64,000 bases of DNA from Planctomycetota bacterium. Its GTDB lineage: Bacteria > Planctomycetota > Phycisphaerae > WQYP01. A model generated the notes under the pieces. That model worked only from the letters and a program-made list of their open reading frames with translations. It searched no databases and was not told where the DNA came from. Both the position numbers and the translations under genes were made by a program. Position 1 is the first letter of the stretch. Every line of letters starts with the position of its first letter. This document shows positions 19,296 to 29,395 of the stretch, one piece after another. The stretch is taken from positions 380 to 64,379 of the forward strand of contig JAKBMM010000011.1 in assembly GCA_021831565.1 (NCBI GenBank), written 5' to 3'.

Positions 19296-20929
19296 GGATG
19301 CCTCCCATGGCGGGCCTGGTTTTTCACGCTGTTGAGATTCCAGTTGTAATTCATGAATTCCACCCGCGGCGGCCTGCCCGCGGCGAGTTCGGCGGCCAAT
19401 GGCTTGTTGTAGCGGGCGACAAATTTCAGGACGGATCCCGCCGCCTGGCGAAAATCGCCGGCATACCAGTCGTAAAGCATGGTCAGATGAAGCACGCGGC
19501 CATGATTGCTAAAACGTACCCAGCGCGGATCATTGTTTAACAAAATCTCCTGTTGGTGCAGTTGGCTGTTGACCTTGGCGGCTTCGTAGGCTTCCCGGCT
19601 CAACGGCGGGCAACCGATGGAAGCGCAGACGATGGCTGAATGAATCCGCGGATCGGCGAAATCAGAGCGGAGCATCCATTCGATACGGTCGAGGCTGTAT
19701 ATCTTGCCGCCGATGTTCCAGCGTTTGTCTTCCCAACGTTTGGCTGCGGGAATATCTTCAATGGACTTGATATGCGGATAATAGTCCAGAATCAGCCGCA
19801 GCGTACAGGCGTTGTAGGCGTTGAGCAGAAGGGCCAGCTTCTGGTTGCGGCCAAGCCGGGCGAACGGAGCTTGCGCCAGCGATTGGATATAAGCATCAAG
19901 CTTTTGCGGGTGCGCGGCCAGTGCGGCGTAATTCACCCAACCGCCGGGATGAACCACTTTCTTCACCACCATATTGAAAAGAGAATGATTGAACTTTGGG
20001 CCATGAGGGTGATGGTGGAACTTGTTGACCATTTTCACCGGCGGTGGGCCGAAAAGTCCGGCCCACGTGTTGTGCTGCCACCAGATGCCGGCGGTGAGAA
20101 CCACCATCACCAGGGCGCTCAGCGCCCAGACCGTGGTTCTGTGTGATTTTGGCGGATCGTCATTGTTGCTGTATTGCTGTGCGGGAGCATCCATGGACGC
20201 CTCCGTTTGCCGCGCCAAGGCGCGTTTGGCAAGAAGTGTGATGTAAGCGGTCACGCCAATCGTGGCCAGAAGTCCGATGATTGTGAACACCAGTTGCAGC
20301 CGGCCGCCTGCGAATAGGCCGCCGAGCCCGCTTCCCACCCCCTGAATCACCTGGCCGGCGGTATAACCGAGATAGGCATAAAGAAATCCTCCGGGAATCA
20401 TGGTGAGCCAGGTTGTCAGGGCATAAGGGAAGAATCCGATGGGCGTTAAGCCGAACAGATAATTAACCAGAATAAAGGGAAACACCGGGGCTAACCGCAC
20501 CAGGGCGACAATTTTCCAGCCGCCTTGGCCGATCGCCCGATCTATGGCGGCGAAGCGTGGATATTGGCGGGCGCGTATTTCCACTTTCCGCCGCAGGGCG
20601 TAGCGGGCGATCAGATAGGCCAGACACGCTCCCACCGTGGCCCCCGTTGATGCCAGCAGCGTTCCCCAGAACAGGCCGTAAATGGCTCCCGCGGCCAGCG
20701 TCAAAGCCGAACCGGGAATCAATAGAACTGTGGCCAATATATAAATACCGATAAAAGCCACCCGGCCATATATGCCCCAGCCAAGCAGTTTACCTTGCAG
20801 CAGATTCACGCCTCTGCCTATCGGTAGAAAATGGATGATTGCCGGCAGGCAGGCCGCAATAACGGCAATGGAAACCATCCGCACCACCCGGGCCGCGCGA
20901 TGTAAAGTTGGCGCATTCTTTGGCGGCAT
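19292..20929 (-). CDS. VTT (TVP38/DedA) membrane domain fused to DUF547
   Basis: PGS.LTL.AG..YG and RL.P.FPF...NY..G (VTT); LA...NAYN, DPRIH.A.VCAS.GCP and YNW.LN (DUF547). Confidence 0.85.
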   Translation of the reverse strand: MPPKNAPTLHRAARVVRMVSIAVIAACLPAIIHFLPIGRGVNLLQGKLLGWGIYGRVAFIGIYILATVLLIPGSALTLAAGAIYGLFWGTLLASTGATVGACLAYLIARYALRRKVEIRARQYPRFAAIDRAIGQGGWKIVALVRLAPVFPFILVNYLFGLTPIGFFPYALTTWLTMIPGGFLYAYLGYTAGQVIQGVGSGLGGLFAGGRLQLVFTIIGLLATIGVTAYITLLAKRALARQTEASMDAPAQQYSNNDDPPKSHRTTVWALSALVMVVLTAGIWWQHNTWAGLFGPPPVKMVNKFHHHPHGPKFNHSLFNMVVKKVVHPGGWVNYAALAAHPQKLDAYIQSLAQAPFARLGRNQKLALLLNAYNACTLRLILDYYPHIKSIEDIPAAKRWEDKRWNIGGKIYSLDRIEWMLRSDFADPRIHSAIVCASIGCPPLSREAYEAAKVNSQLHQQEILLNNDPRWVRFSNHGRVLHLTMLYDWYAGDFRQAAGSVLKFVARYNKPLAAELAAGRPPRVEFMNYNWNLNSVKNQARHGRHP

Positions 20930-20935
20930 AATTAT

Positions 20936-21961
20936 TTATCCCGCCTCCGCCGCGCGCATCGCACCGGCCGTGTAGTCCTTGGTCACCAGGCTGCCGCCGC
21001 AGGATGAGCCACAGCCGGCCGTGCAGCCGAAGCAGTGCGGGCCGGTGACGATGCGGCGGGCCAGAAATTCCGCCGGATCAAAATCGCGAATGTGGCTTAT
21101 CGCGCCTCTCACCGGTAGTTTCTGAGCATAATTAAAATCGCAATCATACAGGGCGCCGTCCCAACCGACATGCAGTTGGTGGCGGCACATCAACTGCGAT
21201 ATTGTGGATGGATTGAAAGTCCTCTCCAGCAGATCCTGATATTTCCCGGCGTACCCCTGCCGGTGCAGATCCTGCTTAAATCGACCAATCGGTATATTTG
21301 TAATTGTATATAAATGCGTGAAATGAATGCCGAAACGCGCGGAAAGTTCCCGTCGATACGCCGCCTCCAGCACCCCCTGTTCCGGCGGCAGGGTGGGACC
21401 GCCGGGGTTGTACACCAGGTCCAGCGGCAATTCGCTTTTGACGCCGTAACCCTTGGCGTTGAGCCGCTGGAGCGCCTCTATGCTCTCCCGGTACACATGT
21501 TTGCCGCGCTGCCTGTCCACGTTGGTGGGGAGGTAGCAGGGCAGGGACGCGATCAGATGCACTTGCTCGGCGGCGAAAAATTCCGGTAAATCCTGATAAT
21601 TCCCGTCCAGCATAATGGTCAGATTGGTGCGGACCATCACTTCCCATCCAGCGCGACGGCCCGCCCGCACAAAGCGCCGGAAATGCGGGTGCATTTCCGG
21701 CGCTCCACCGGTGATGTCGATGGTTGCGGCGCCGGCCTTTTTCGCCGCCGCCAGAACCAGTTCCATCGTTTCCCACGTCATTTCCTCCGTGCGTTTCGGG
21801 GATGATTCCACATGGCAGTGACGGCAGGCCAGATTGCACTTGAGGCCGATGTTCACCTGCACCGTGCGGATGCTTAATCCATTGAATTGCCCGGTATCCG
21901 CATTGCGCAGGCGCTGATCAAAACGGTTCGGGCTGGGAGAGTTTAGAATTGATAACTTCAC
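20936..21961 (-). CDS. arsS: Arsenosugar-biosynthesis-type radical SAM protein ArsS
   Basis: CNLACRHC, DITGGAPE, ASLPCY, VD.QRG, LVYNP, YDCDFN and C-terminal HCFGCTAGCGSSCGG. Confidence 0.88.
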   Translation of the reverse strand: MKLSILNSPSPNRFDQRLRNADTGQFNGLSIRTVQVNIGLKCNLACRHCHVESSPKRTEEMTWETMELVLAAAKKAGAATIDITGGAPEMHPHFRRFVRAGRRAGWEVMVRTNLTIMLDGNYQDLPEFFAAEQVHLIASLPCYLPTNVDRQRGKHVYRESIEALQRLNAKGYGVKSELPLDLVYNPGGPTLPPEQGVLEAAYRRELSARFGIHFTHLYTITNIPIGRFKQDLHRQGYAGKYQDLLERTFNPSTISQLMCRHQLHVGWDGALYDCDFNYAQKLPVRGAISHIRDFDPAEFLARRIVTGPHCFGCTAGCGSSCGGSLVTKDYTAGAMRAAEAG

Positions 21962-22024
21962 GGTAAATTCCTTTCCTTACAAGAAAGCCGGGATTTTTCA
22001 GTATTTGCCCGAAGTAAACCGGAA

Positions 22025-22627
22025 TTACCGCGGTTGCGCGGGCAGGCGACAGAACCCCTGCGCGGGTATGTCCAGAGCGGAGTTAAATTTTGCGGACAGG
22101 TTCTGAAATGCGATCAGTCCGGTCAATTCTACCAGCGCGTCGCCATCCCATTGCCGCTGCAATCGTTGCCGCAGGTTGTCATCGACTTTGTTCAAAGTCA
22201 CCGCTTCGGCGTATTCCAGGGCCAGGCGTTCCTGGGGTGTAAACAATGGGCTGTTTTGCCAATCGCGCAAGGCGTGAATCTTATCCATGGGCACGGCATG
22301 TTTCACCAGGGTCGCCGAGTTGATATCCACGCAGAAAGCACAATGGTTGATCTGTGAAACTTTCACGGCTATGAGAGATCGAAGCACGGGATCGATCGGG
22401 GAGGACCGACGGTCCAGCGCGCCATAAAGCAAGGCTACCGCCGCGAACACCCATGGCGATCGCCCCCAAAGCAAACCTGGGTCCAGTACACGCCCGTACT
22501 TTCGTTTTTGCTTCCAGAAAAACAGCCGAATCATCCACGGGTAATCGGAAATATTCCTGGCGCCGACGGTTCGCATCCGGGCGGAGGACGTTAACCACTT
22601 TGGCTCTGCGGCGGTAACTTTGACCAT
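22025..22627 (-). CDS. Carboxymuconolactone decarboxylase / AhpD family protein
   Basis: VSQINHCAFCVD, ER.AL.YAE.VT and KFNSAL; start trimmed because the ORF 5' extension is a MITE; 22576 is an alternative start. Confidence 0.85.
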   Translation of the reverse strand: MVKVTAAEPKWLTSSARMRTVGARNISDYPWMIRLFFWKQKRKYGRVLDPGLLWGRSPWVFAAVALLYGALDRRSSPIDPVLRSLIAVKVSQINHCAFCVDINSATLVKHAVPMDKIHALRDWQNSPLFTPQERLALEYAEAVTLNKVDDNLRQRLQRQWDGDALVELTGLIAFQNLSAKFNSALDIPAQGFCRLPAQPR

Positions 22628-22650
22628 ACTTTCTCCAACCAGGGCGAATC

Positions 22651-22804
22651 GCAACCATCCACGCACCGGATGTTTTCCGCGTACGTCCCGGCGGGCACGG
22701 GTTTTCTCGGTGTACCGGGACCGCCAATCACCGCGCCGCCCCAGACACGCAGCCGCGTGGATCGCAATCCCGCGGCCGTTTTCCGCGCCGCCGTGAACGG
22801 TCAC
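22651..22804. mobile_element. 154-bp MITE-like element, degenerate terminal inverted repeats
   Basis: Near-identical to 36593-36746 and 58455-58608. Confidence 0.8.
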
Positions 22805-22812
22805 GGCGAATC

Positions 22813-23082
22813 TTATTGGATTTCCTTTCTCATTCGCTGGTACTCCTCCTGATTGATCTCGCCTCGGGCATAGCGCCGATCAAGGATGTCCCGCGCGCTG
22901 TCTTCCTTCGGATATGTCCTATGGCCTCCGCACATCGGACCGCCGCCCCGGAGCATCCATACCAGCAGCGCCGCCAGACACATCAGAAAAATAAAAGGAA
23001 ATATCAACATCCACGGAAACCAATTCTCCGTTCCATACATCCACATCATCGGGTTGTCTCCTCGGCTCTCGCGGATTTCCAT
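22813..23082 (-). CDS. Small membrane protein with SHOCT domain
   Basis: One TM helix followed by A.DIL..RYARGEI..EEY. Confidence 0.8.
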   Translation of the reverse strand: MEIRESRGDNPMMWMYGTENWFPWMLIFPFIFLMCLAALLVWMLRGGGPMCGGHRTYPKEDSARDILDRRYARGEINQEEYQRMRKEIQ

Positions 23083-23178
23083 CTACTACTCGGCTCCAGC
23101 CGATTATAGGCAACGAGCCTGCAATCGGACCCCGTCGCCCCTCGCCGCGTCTGAGCTTTCCGTCGTTCCGCGGCGATC

Positions 23179-25176
23179 TCAACGCGCCGCCGCATGAATA
23201 TCCCGAATGACCTCGCGCTGGGTGTAGAGATCCCGAAGAATTTCCGGCGACAACGGCCGGTGCGGAGATAAAATCGCCAGGTAGGGCACAGCCCGCCCGC
23301 CGAATTTGAGCCATAACGCCTTGGGAACCGGCTGGTCAATGTCCGCGCTTAGCAGCACCGCGCCGGTCTGGGCGTAAACCTTGCGCACCGCCGGAGCATC
23401 CAATACCGTGGTCTTGATAAACTTGCAGTTGATGCACCACGGAGCGCCAAAATCGATCAGCACCGGATGCCCGGCCGCCAGCGCCGCATCCATTCGCCCC
23501 AGCGTGACGGTCTGCCACCGGTTCACCTGAAATGTGCGCGAATACAGATCGCCCACGCCGGCCGCCGGGGAGGAGATTTCCCCACCCTGGATTCCCCCCA
23601 TCCATCCAATAAATAAGGCCCCGGCGATAATTCCCGCTCCCACAAACCCGCCGCGGATCATCCATATTTGTCGGCCGCCCATGTTCCCATCGGGCCAGCG
23701 CCCCCAACCCCAGCAGACCATCGCCAGAATCACCGCCAGCCCGAAGCCCACGACAATCTGCGAACGATCTTGAGTGCTCAATAGCAGATAGACCGCTACC
23801 CCCACCATTACCAGCCCCAATGCTTCTTTGAGCAATTCCGACCATCGACCGGCGTGGGGAATTCGATCCAGCAGGGCTGGAAACGCCGCCAGCAGAACAT
23901 AAGGCCACGCCATGCCGATTCCAATCAGCGCAAAAAACAGGGCCACGATCCACGTGGGTTGGAGCAAAGCCCAGGCCAGCATGACACCAAGAAATGGCGC
24001 GCTGCATGAGGAGGCCAATAGGGTCGCCAGCAAACCGGTTCCAAAGGCGCCGGCCAGGCCGCCGCCGGATGTATTGATCGCGTAAAGCGAGCGCGGCGGC
24101 TGGATGGTCCACACGCCCAGCATCGACAACGCCAACGCCAGCACCACCAGCGCAATGGCGATCAGAAACCAGGGGTGTTCAAACTGCATCCCGTAAGTCA
24201 GCGTCTGGCCGGTCGCCGCGCGATAGATGCCCATCGCTATCGCCAGTATCAGAAAAAGCGACACGATGCCGGCTGCAAACACCAGCGCGTGCCGCACCGC
24301 GCGCGGACGCGATCCGTGCGCTTGTTGCACCATCGCCAGAACTTTCAGCGGAATCACCGGTAAGACACACGGCATGACGTTGAGGATCAGCCCGCCCAGC
24401 AATGCAAACAGAATCAGCAGCCACACCGGCTCATGCATCTGGGATACCTGATAGGGCCGGGCGTTGATTTTTTGAATCTCCCTGGCGACGGCAGCGCCGC
24501 CGTTGCGGGTGTGTGCCGGCCCGGCGCCGCCTTTGGCCAAGTGAGTTACCGCAACAGCCCAGGGCTTTTTACTCGGCGATGTTGCAAGCGGTATCCCCTG
24601 TGCGGGAGTGATTCGTAGAAGCGTACGGAGATGCACACTCCGCGGCATCAGGCAGGATTGGTCGTTGCAGGCCTGGAATGTGAGTTGCGCGGTAATTTCC
24701 CGCCGGCCCACAGTGGCCGTATCCAGCGCCTTGAACGGAACCGTAATGTTGAACCGCCCCTCATAGACCGAGAGCTTTCCTTGCCTGGTAATTTGCCTGG
24801 ACACGGGGATGATCACCGCCGCCGGGTAATGCGCCGCACCAAAAATAATACCCGTCGACGGCAGGAGTTTTACAGATGCCGGAATAAGAAAATTCTCCAG
24901 TGGATGATGGCTCTGGATGTGGTAGCCCGCGGCCACGGCGAGATGAATCACAATAACGCCGTGGCCCGACACCGCAACATTACCCGGTACAGCGCGAATA
25001 TGAGCTTTTACGACATGCCGCGGCGTCAATCCGACTCCCGCCGCTCGGACCCCGGCGCGGGGGTTGGGCGGCGGTATCCCAACCATTTCAGTAATTATGC
25101 ATACGGCGACCAGCAGAGCCAGAGCCGTGGCTCTGGCGCCAAAACGTGATGTTAAATCTCCCACCCTGTGCGGCAT
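23179..25176 (-). CDS. dsbD: DsbD-like thiol:disulfide interchange protein
   Basis: N-domain QACNDQSC; TM LNVMPCVLPV and SCSAPFL; thioredoxin domain WCINC. Confidence 0.85.
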   Translation of the reverse strand: MPHRVGDLTSRFGARATALALLVAVCIITEMVGIPPPNPRAGVRAAGVGLTPRHVVKAHIRAVPGNVAVSGHGVIVIHLAVAAGYHIQSHHPLENFLIPASVKLLPSTGIIFGAAHYPAAVIIPVSRQITRQGKLSVYEGRFNITVPFKALDTATVGRREITAQLTFQACNDQSCLMPRSVHLRTLLRITPAQGIPLATSPSKKPWAVAVTHLAKGGAGPAHTRNGGAAVAREIQKINARPYQVSQMHEPVWLLILFALLGGLILNVMPCVLPVIPLKVLAMVQQAHGSRPRAVRHALVFAAGIVSLFLILAIAMGIYRAATGQTLTYGMQFEHPWFLIAIALVVLALALSMLGVWTIQPPRSLYAINTSGGGLAGAFGTGLLATLLASSCSAPFLGVMLAWALLQPTWIVALFFALIGIGMAWPYVLLAAFPALLDRIPHAGRWSELLKEALGLVMVGVAVYLLLSTQDRSQIVVGFGLAVILAMVCWGWGRWPDGNMGGRQIWMIRGGFVGAGIIAGALFIGWMGGIQGGEISSPAAGVGDLYSRTFQVNRWQTVTLGRMDAALAAGHPVLIDFGAPWCINCKFIKTTVLDAPAVRKVYAQTGAVLLSADIDQPVPKALWLKFGGRAVPYLAILSPHRPLSPEILRDLYTQREVIRDIHAAAR

Positions 25177-25437
25177 AACACTTTTTCCTTTCTTATCTGG
25201 CCGGAAGAACCGAATTTATTTTATTCGCGGAATTTCATTCTAAACAGTGACCCTGTATGTCCATACGAACCGGCGGGGAAGAGGTGCGGAAAAATCAGCC
25301 ATGGCTGGGCGGAAAGTCCGCACCGGTCGCTTTGCCGCCGGATGTGGGATGTCGGACGGGTCCGGGCCTCGGTAACATCGAACATGATTGTATTATGCGG
25401 CGTCATCCCCCCGATGGCACAGTGTGAAATTAACGAC

Positions 25438-25476
25438 TTGACCGCGGATGGTGGTTATTATACAATTGATTGATTG
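25438..25476 (+). promoter_or_regulatory. Sigma70-like promoter of the sqr operon overlapping a CAAT-N6-ATTG palindrome
   Basis: TTGACC-N17-TACAAT (25438-25466); the palindrome over the -10 is a plausible ArsR operator (inference). Confidence 0.5.
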
Positions 25477-25533
25477 AGTAGTTGAGCAGAGCCGGGCGTG
25501 CCTGCGAACGAATGTTTTTTCAGATGGATCATC

Positions 25534-26751
25534 ATGGTTCAACGCCAGCGCATCGTGATTGTCGGCGGATCCTTCGGCGGGATCAACGCCGCCTGGGAAC
25601 TCCGCAGACAACTCGGCCGGCAGGCGGACATTACGCTCATCTCCAGAGAATCAACATTCACTTTCACACCGTCCTTGCCTTGGCTGGTGATGGGCTGGCG
25701 GAAGCCGCAATCGCTCCAGGCGCCTCTCGCCCAACCGCTTAAACGACGGGGAATTCGTTTCGTGCATGGCAACGTGGACGCCCTGGATCCGGAAAAATGT
25801 CTTATCAGCGCCGGGGCGGAAAGATTTCCTTACGATGTGCTGCTGTTGGCGACGGGAGCGGAGCTCGACTACGCTGCGGTTCCGGGGCTTGGACCGCAAG
25901 CGGGCCACACACAGTCCATCTTTAGTGTCGCGGAGGCCGGCAAAGCTCATACCGCCCTTGCCGAGGTATTGGGGCGCGACCAAGGGCGTATTGTTATTGG
26001 TGCGGCGCCCGGAGCCAGTTGCATCGGGCCGGCTTATGAACTGGTCATGATGATAGACACCCTGCTCAAGCGGGCGAGGAAGCGCCACCGGTTTGCGCTT
26101 ACCTACCTCACGCCGGAGCCATTTATCGGGCATTTCGGCATTGGCGGCGTCGGTAATTCACCACGAATAGTTCAGGATGAGTTTGCCGCACGGAGCATTG
26201 AAACCGTTGCCAATGCCCGAATCGTTCAAGCGGATACCAACCGTCTGATTCTTGCGGATGGTCGGGAGTATGGATTTGATTTCTCCTTGGTGATTCCCGC
26301 GTTCCTGGGGAGCGGCTTTGTGCGTGCGGTCAGTGGGCTGGCGAATCCCAAGGGCTTTATTCCCGTTACGCCGAATCTTGCCAGCGCCAAATATCCAAAT
26401 ATTTATGCGGTGGGCGTGGCGGTGGCGATACCATCCCCTTTTCCGACAACGGTTCCCGTGGGCGTGCCGAAAACAGGTCACATGACTGAACTGATGGCCC
26501 GTGCCGCCGCCCACAATATCGCCGCGGAATTTCGGGGACGCCCAATGATCGACGGCCTGTCGCTCCCATCGCTCTGCATAGCTGATGCGGGAGACACCGC
26601 GTTCTACATGTCGGCGGATCCGTTTCTCCCGCCGCGCAACAAGACCGTTATCAAACGCGGGAAATGGGCCAGATACTTGAAGTTGATCTTCGAGCGCTAC
26701 TATCTGGCGCGAATCCGATACCGTTTGCCCGCCCTTCATTTTGGCTGGTAA
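25534..26751 (+). CDS. sqr: Sulfide:quinone oxidoreductase
   Basis: GGSFGG FAD loop, ASCIGPAYE, PEP.IGH.G, PKTG.M.E and CIADAGD; both catalytic Cys motifs present. Confidence 0.8.
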   Translation: MVQRQRIVIVGGSFGGINAAWELRRQLGRQADITLISRESTFTFTPSLPWLVMGWRKPQSLQAPLAQPLKRRGIRFVHGNVDALDPEKCLISAGAERFPYDVLLLATGAELDYAAVPGLGPQAGHTQSIFSVAEAGKAHTALAEVLGRDQGRIVIGAAPGASCIGPAYELVMMIDTLLKRARKRHRFALTYLTPEPFIGHFGIGGVGNSPRIVQDEFAARSIETVANARIVQADTNRLILADGREYGFDFSLVIPAFLGSGFVRAVSGLANPKGFIPVTPNLASAKYPNIYAVGVAVAIPSPFPTTVPVGVPKTGHMTELMARAAAHNIAAEFRGRPMIDGLSLPSLCIADAGDTAFYMSADPFLPPRNKTVIKRGKWARYLKLIFERYYLARIRYRLPALHFGW

Positions 26752-26760
26752 GGGGCCACC

Positions 26761-27432
26761 ATGGACACGGACCGGCAGTTCAAAGATCGCATTTATGAGC
26801 AGTTTGCGCGCATTGGAAAGGCTCTTTGCAGCCCCAAGCGGCTGGAACTCCTTGAATTGCTCTGCCAGGCGCCCAAGAACGTGGAGGTTCTCGCCCGGCA
26901 GGCCAACCTTACGCTCGCCAACACATCCCGGCACTTGCAGGTGCTGCGTGGCGCCGGGCTGGTGGAAGGAAGAAAGGATGGCTTGCACGTGGTCTACCGC
27001 ATCACGGATGGGGCGGTCTGCGTTTTTCTCATGGAATTGCGGGGCTTGGCCGAGCGCCAACTTGCGGAGATTGACCGCATCAGAAAAGCCTTTCTGGCGG
27101 GGCGTACCGGCCTGGAGCCGGTAAACCGGGAGGAATTGCTGGCGCGCGTGCGGAGCGGCAAGGCGATGGTCATCGATGTGCGGCCCAGCGATGAATTTAA
27201 TGCCGGGCATATCGCCGGAGCGGTTTCGATTCCGCTTACGCAATTGGAAGCGCGGCTGTCCGAATTGCCCAGGGGAAAACACATAGTGGCCTATTGCCGC
27301 GGACCCTATTGCGTCTTGTCCATCAAGGCCGTGGAGTGGCTAAGTGCCAGGGGATATCGGGCCTTTCGGCTCGAAGACGGCGTAAACGATTGGCAGGCCC
27401 ATGGCTTTCCCGTGACACGGGCGGCGGGATAA
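26761..27432 (+). CDS. ArsR/SmtB HTH fused to rhodanese
   Basis: KAL.SP.RLELL, S.HL..L, DVRP..E...GHI.GA and YCRGPYC. Confidence 0.9.
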   Translation: MDTDRQFKDRIYEQFARIGKALCSPKRLELLELLCQAPKNVEVLARQANLTLANTSRHLQVLRGAGLVEGRKDGLHVVYRITDGAVCVFLMELRGLAERQLAEIDRIRKAFLAGRTGLEPVNREELLARVRSGKAMVIDVRPSDEFNAGHIAGAVSIPLTQLEARLSELPRGKHIVAYCRGPYCVLSIKAVEWLSARGYRAFRLEDGVNDWQAHGFPVTRAAG

Positions 27433-27557
27433 CGCCGTCCGCCCGCCGGCGCTGATTTTATTTCGCCGGCCGCGTTGGCCTCCGTGGTCGTGCGGTGCGG
27501 TCGAAGGGCTCACTGGAAGCAAACCGGATTGAATTGTTTTTCTAAAAGGTTCGTTTT

Positions 27558-27917
27558 ATGTCACAGGTGATTTTAATAATTCTCGGCCACACCCCCTACG
27601 ACGGTTCTGATGCGGCGTGGAATGCGCTGCGTCTGGTTGGCCAGTTACACAAGGATGGCGCCGTGGTGCGCCTGTTTTTGATGAACGACGCGGTAGATCT
27701 GGCCCGTGAAAGCGTCAAACCGCCGGAGGGCTATTTTGATCTGGTGCGGATGGTCAAAGAGTTGATTGCCGCCGGGGTACTGGTGCGTGTGTGCGGCACC
27801 TGCCAGGGGCGCTGCGGTGTGGCGAAAGGCGAGCCGTACTACCCGGGCGCCGACAAGTCGTCGATGACTGAATTATCTCAATGGGTACGCACCAGCAACC
27901 ATATTCTGACGTTTTGA
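27558..27917 (+). CDS. DsrE/DsrF-like (YchN-type) protein
   Basis: PY......NALRL, FLM.DAV and CGTC..R motifs. Confidence 0.85.
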   Translation: MSQVILIILGHTPYDGSDAAWNALRLVGQLHKDGAVVRLFLMNDAVDLARESVKPPEGYFDLVRMVKELIAAGVLVRVCGTCQGRCGVAKGEPYYPGADKSSMTELSQWVRTSNHILTF

Positions 27918-27928
27918 TTTGAACCGGA

Positions 27929-29188
27929 TCATCCCCCGTTGGCGGACGGTTCTTCCTGGCCGAAAAATCTGAAGTACAGGTAGATATTCGCCGCCATGAC
28001 GGCGGCGTAGATGAAAAACGGCGCTTCCATGGCGGACAGGTCAAAGAGATAACCCGTGCACAGAACCGCCCCCGATGCCGCCGAAAGCCGCGCCACCTGA
28101 TTGATCGCCAAGGCCCGGCCTATATCATCGGAATGAACACGGCTGGTCAGGGCGGTTTGCTGCGCCGGCAAAGCCGCGATGCGCAGGGCCGGCGTCAACA
28201 CATAAATGGCCAGCGCCGGCCACAAATGGTGCCACAGGGCCAGCACCAGCAAAAGCGCCGTCCCCAGCGCTCGTGTAAAAGTAACGCTGCGCACAAAACC
28301 CAGTCTTTTTTCCAGCGTGGGAGCGGTCAGCAGCGCAACGGCGCCCACAATGGTCGCGGCGGCGGTATAGACCGCCATATAGGATTTGCTTACGTGATAG
28401 ACGATAACAAAAAAAGGTATCAGAAATGGCGTAATCAATCCCTGGCTCAACCCATTGAGCGCGCCGGTGATGCTGAAATGACCGATGACTTTACGCGAGC
28501 GAGTCCCGCGCCGCGCCGCCGGCCGGCGCCGCGGTGCGCGCAGCGGCGGCAGTAAAAATACTCCGAGCGCCGAAATGATTCCCGCCGCCAGAAAAGTGTT
28601 TGGAATCGAAAAGAATCGGACCAGCAGCGCGCCTCCGGCGCCGGCCATGCCGCTCAGGAACGCCAGCGTGGAATAGTAAAACGTGCGATTCCCCGGTGTG
28701 GTCAAGTCGGCAATCATGGCGCTTTGTACCGGCTGTGCCGCGCCGCCCATGCCGCCGCCGATCAGCGAGCCTGTCGCGGCGAAGCCTCCGATAACCGACG
28801 CCACGTACAGCAACGGTAAAACGGGAAACGCGAATACCAGAAAAGCGCTGATCGGAACCATCAGGGCGGTGATCATCAGCATTCCCTTGCGGCTCCAGGT
28901 ATCGGACAGATGACCCACCGCCAGTCCCAGCAGGGCGGTGGCCACAATCCCCGTCGTATACAATGAGCCAAGCACCAGACTTCCATATCCCAGAGTTTTC
29001 AGAACCAGATAGGGCAGGGCCACCGCCATCATGCCGCTGGCCACGCCGCGGCTGATGCGAAACAAAACCAGCAACAGCAAGCTCTTGCGATCCATTCGGA
29101 GGGCTGCGCCGGGTGGAGGATTGTCCGCCGAAACGTCTGTGGCGGTGGGGGGCGATGAATCTCGCTGGATAGACTTCATTGGCTGCAT
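27929..29188 (-). CDS. MFS transporter
   Basis: About 12 hydrophobic segments; motif A-like GHLSDTWSRK. Confidence 0.85.
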   Translation of the reverse strand: MQPMKSIQRDSSPPTATDVSADNPPPGAALRMDRKSLLLLVLFRISRGVASGMMAVALPYLVLKTLGYGSLVLGSLYTTGIVATALLGLAVGHLSDTWSRKGMLMITALMVPISAFLVFAFPVLPLLYVASVIGGFAATGSLIGGGMGGAAQPVQSAMIADLTTPGNRTFYYSTLAFLSGMAGAGGALLVRFFSIPNTFLAAGIISALGVFLLPPLRAPRRRPAARRGTRSRKVIGHFSITGALNGLSQGLITPFLIPFFVIVYHVSKSYMAVYTAAATIVGAVALLTAPTLEKRLGFVRSVTFTRALGTALLLVLALWHHLWPALAIYVLTPALRIAALPAQQTALTSRVHSDDIGRALAINQVARLSAASGAVLCTGYLFDLSAMEAPFFIYAAVMAANIYLYFRFFGQEEPSANGG

Positions 29189-29395
29189 TGTAGCACGAAC
29201 TTGGGGAAAATTTAATTAGATAATGCAACTAAATACAGTGGTCGGCGTAATACCCTGTATGTGGTCTAATGATTCTTCCGATGTGGGCCTGGTTGTGCAA
29301 ACAGTGGATAATAAACCTGTATGGACGTATGATCGATATGTTATGCCGAGCGGGAAGAAGAATATTTCCTGATTGCGAAATTATAAAGTGCTTCC

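Noticed and set aside
20936-21961. Selenocysteine recoding in ArsS
   Set aside because: No in-frame TGA; the C-terminal motif uses Cys.
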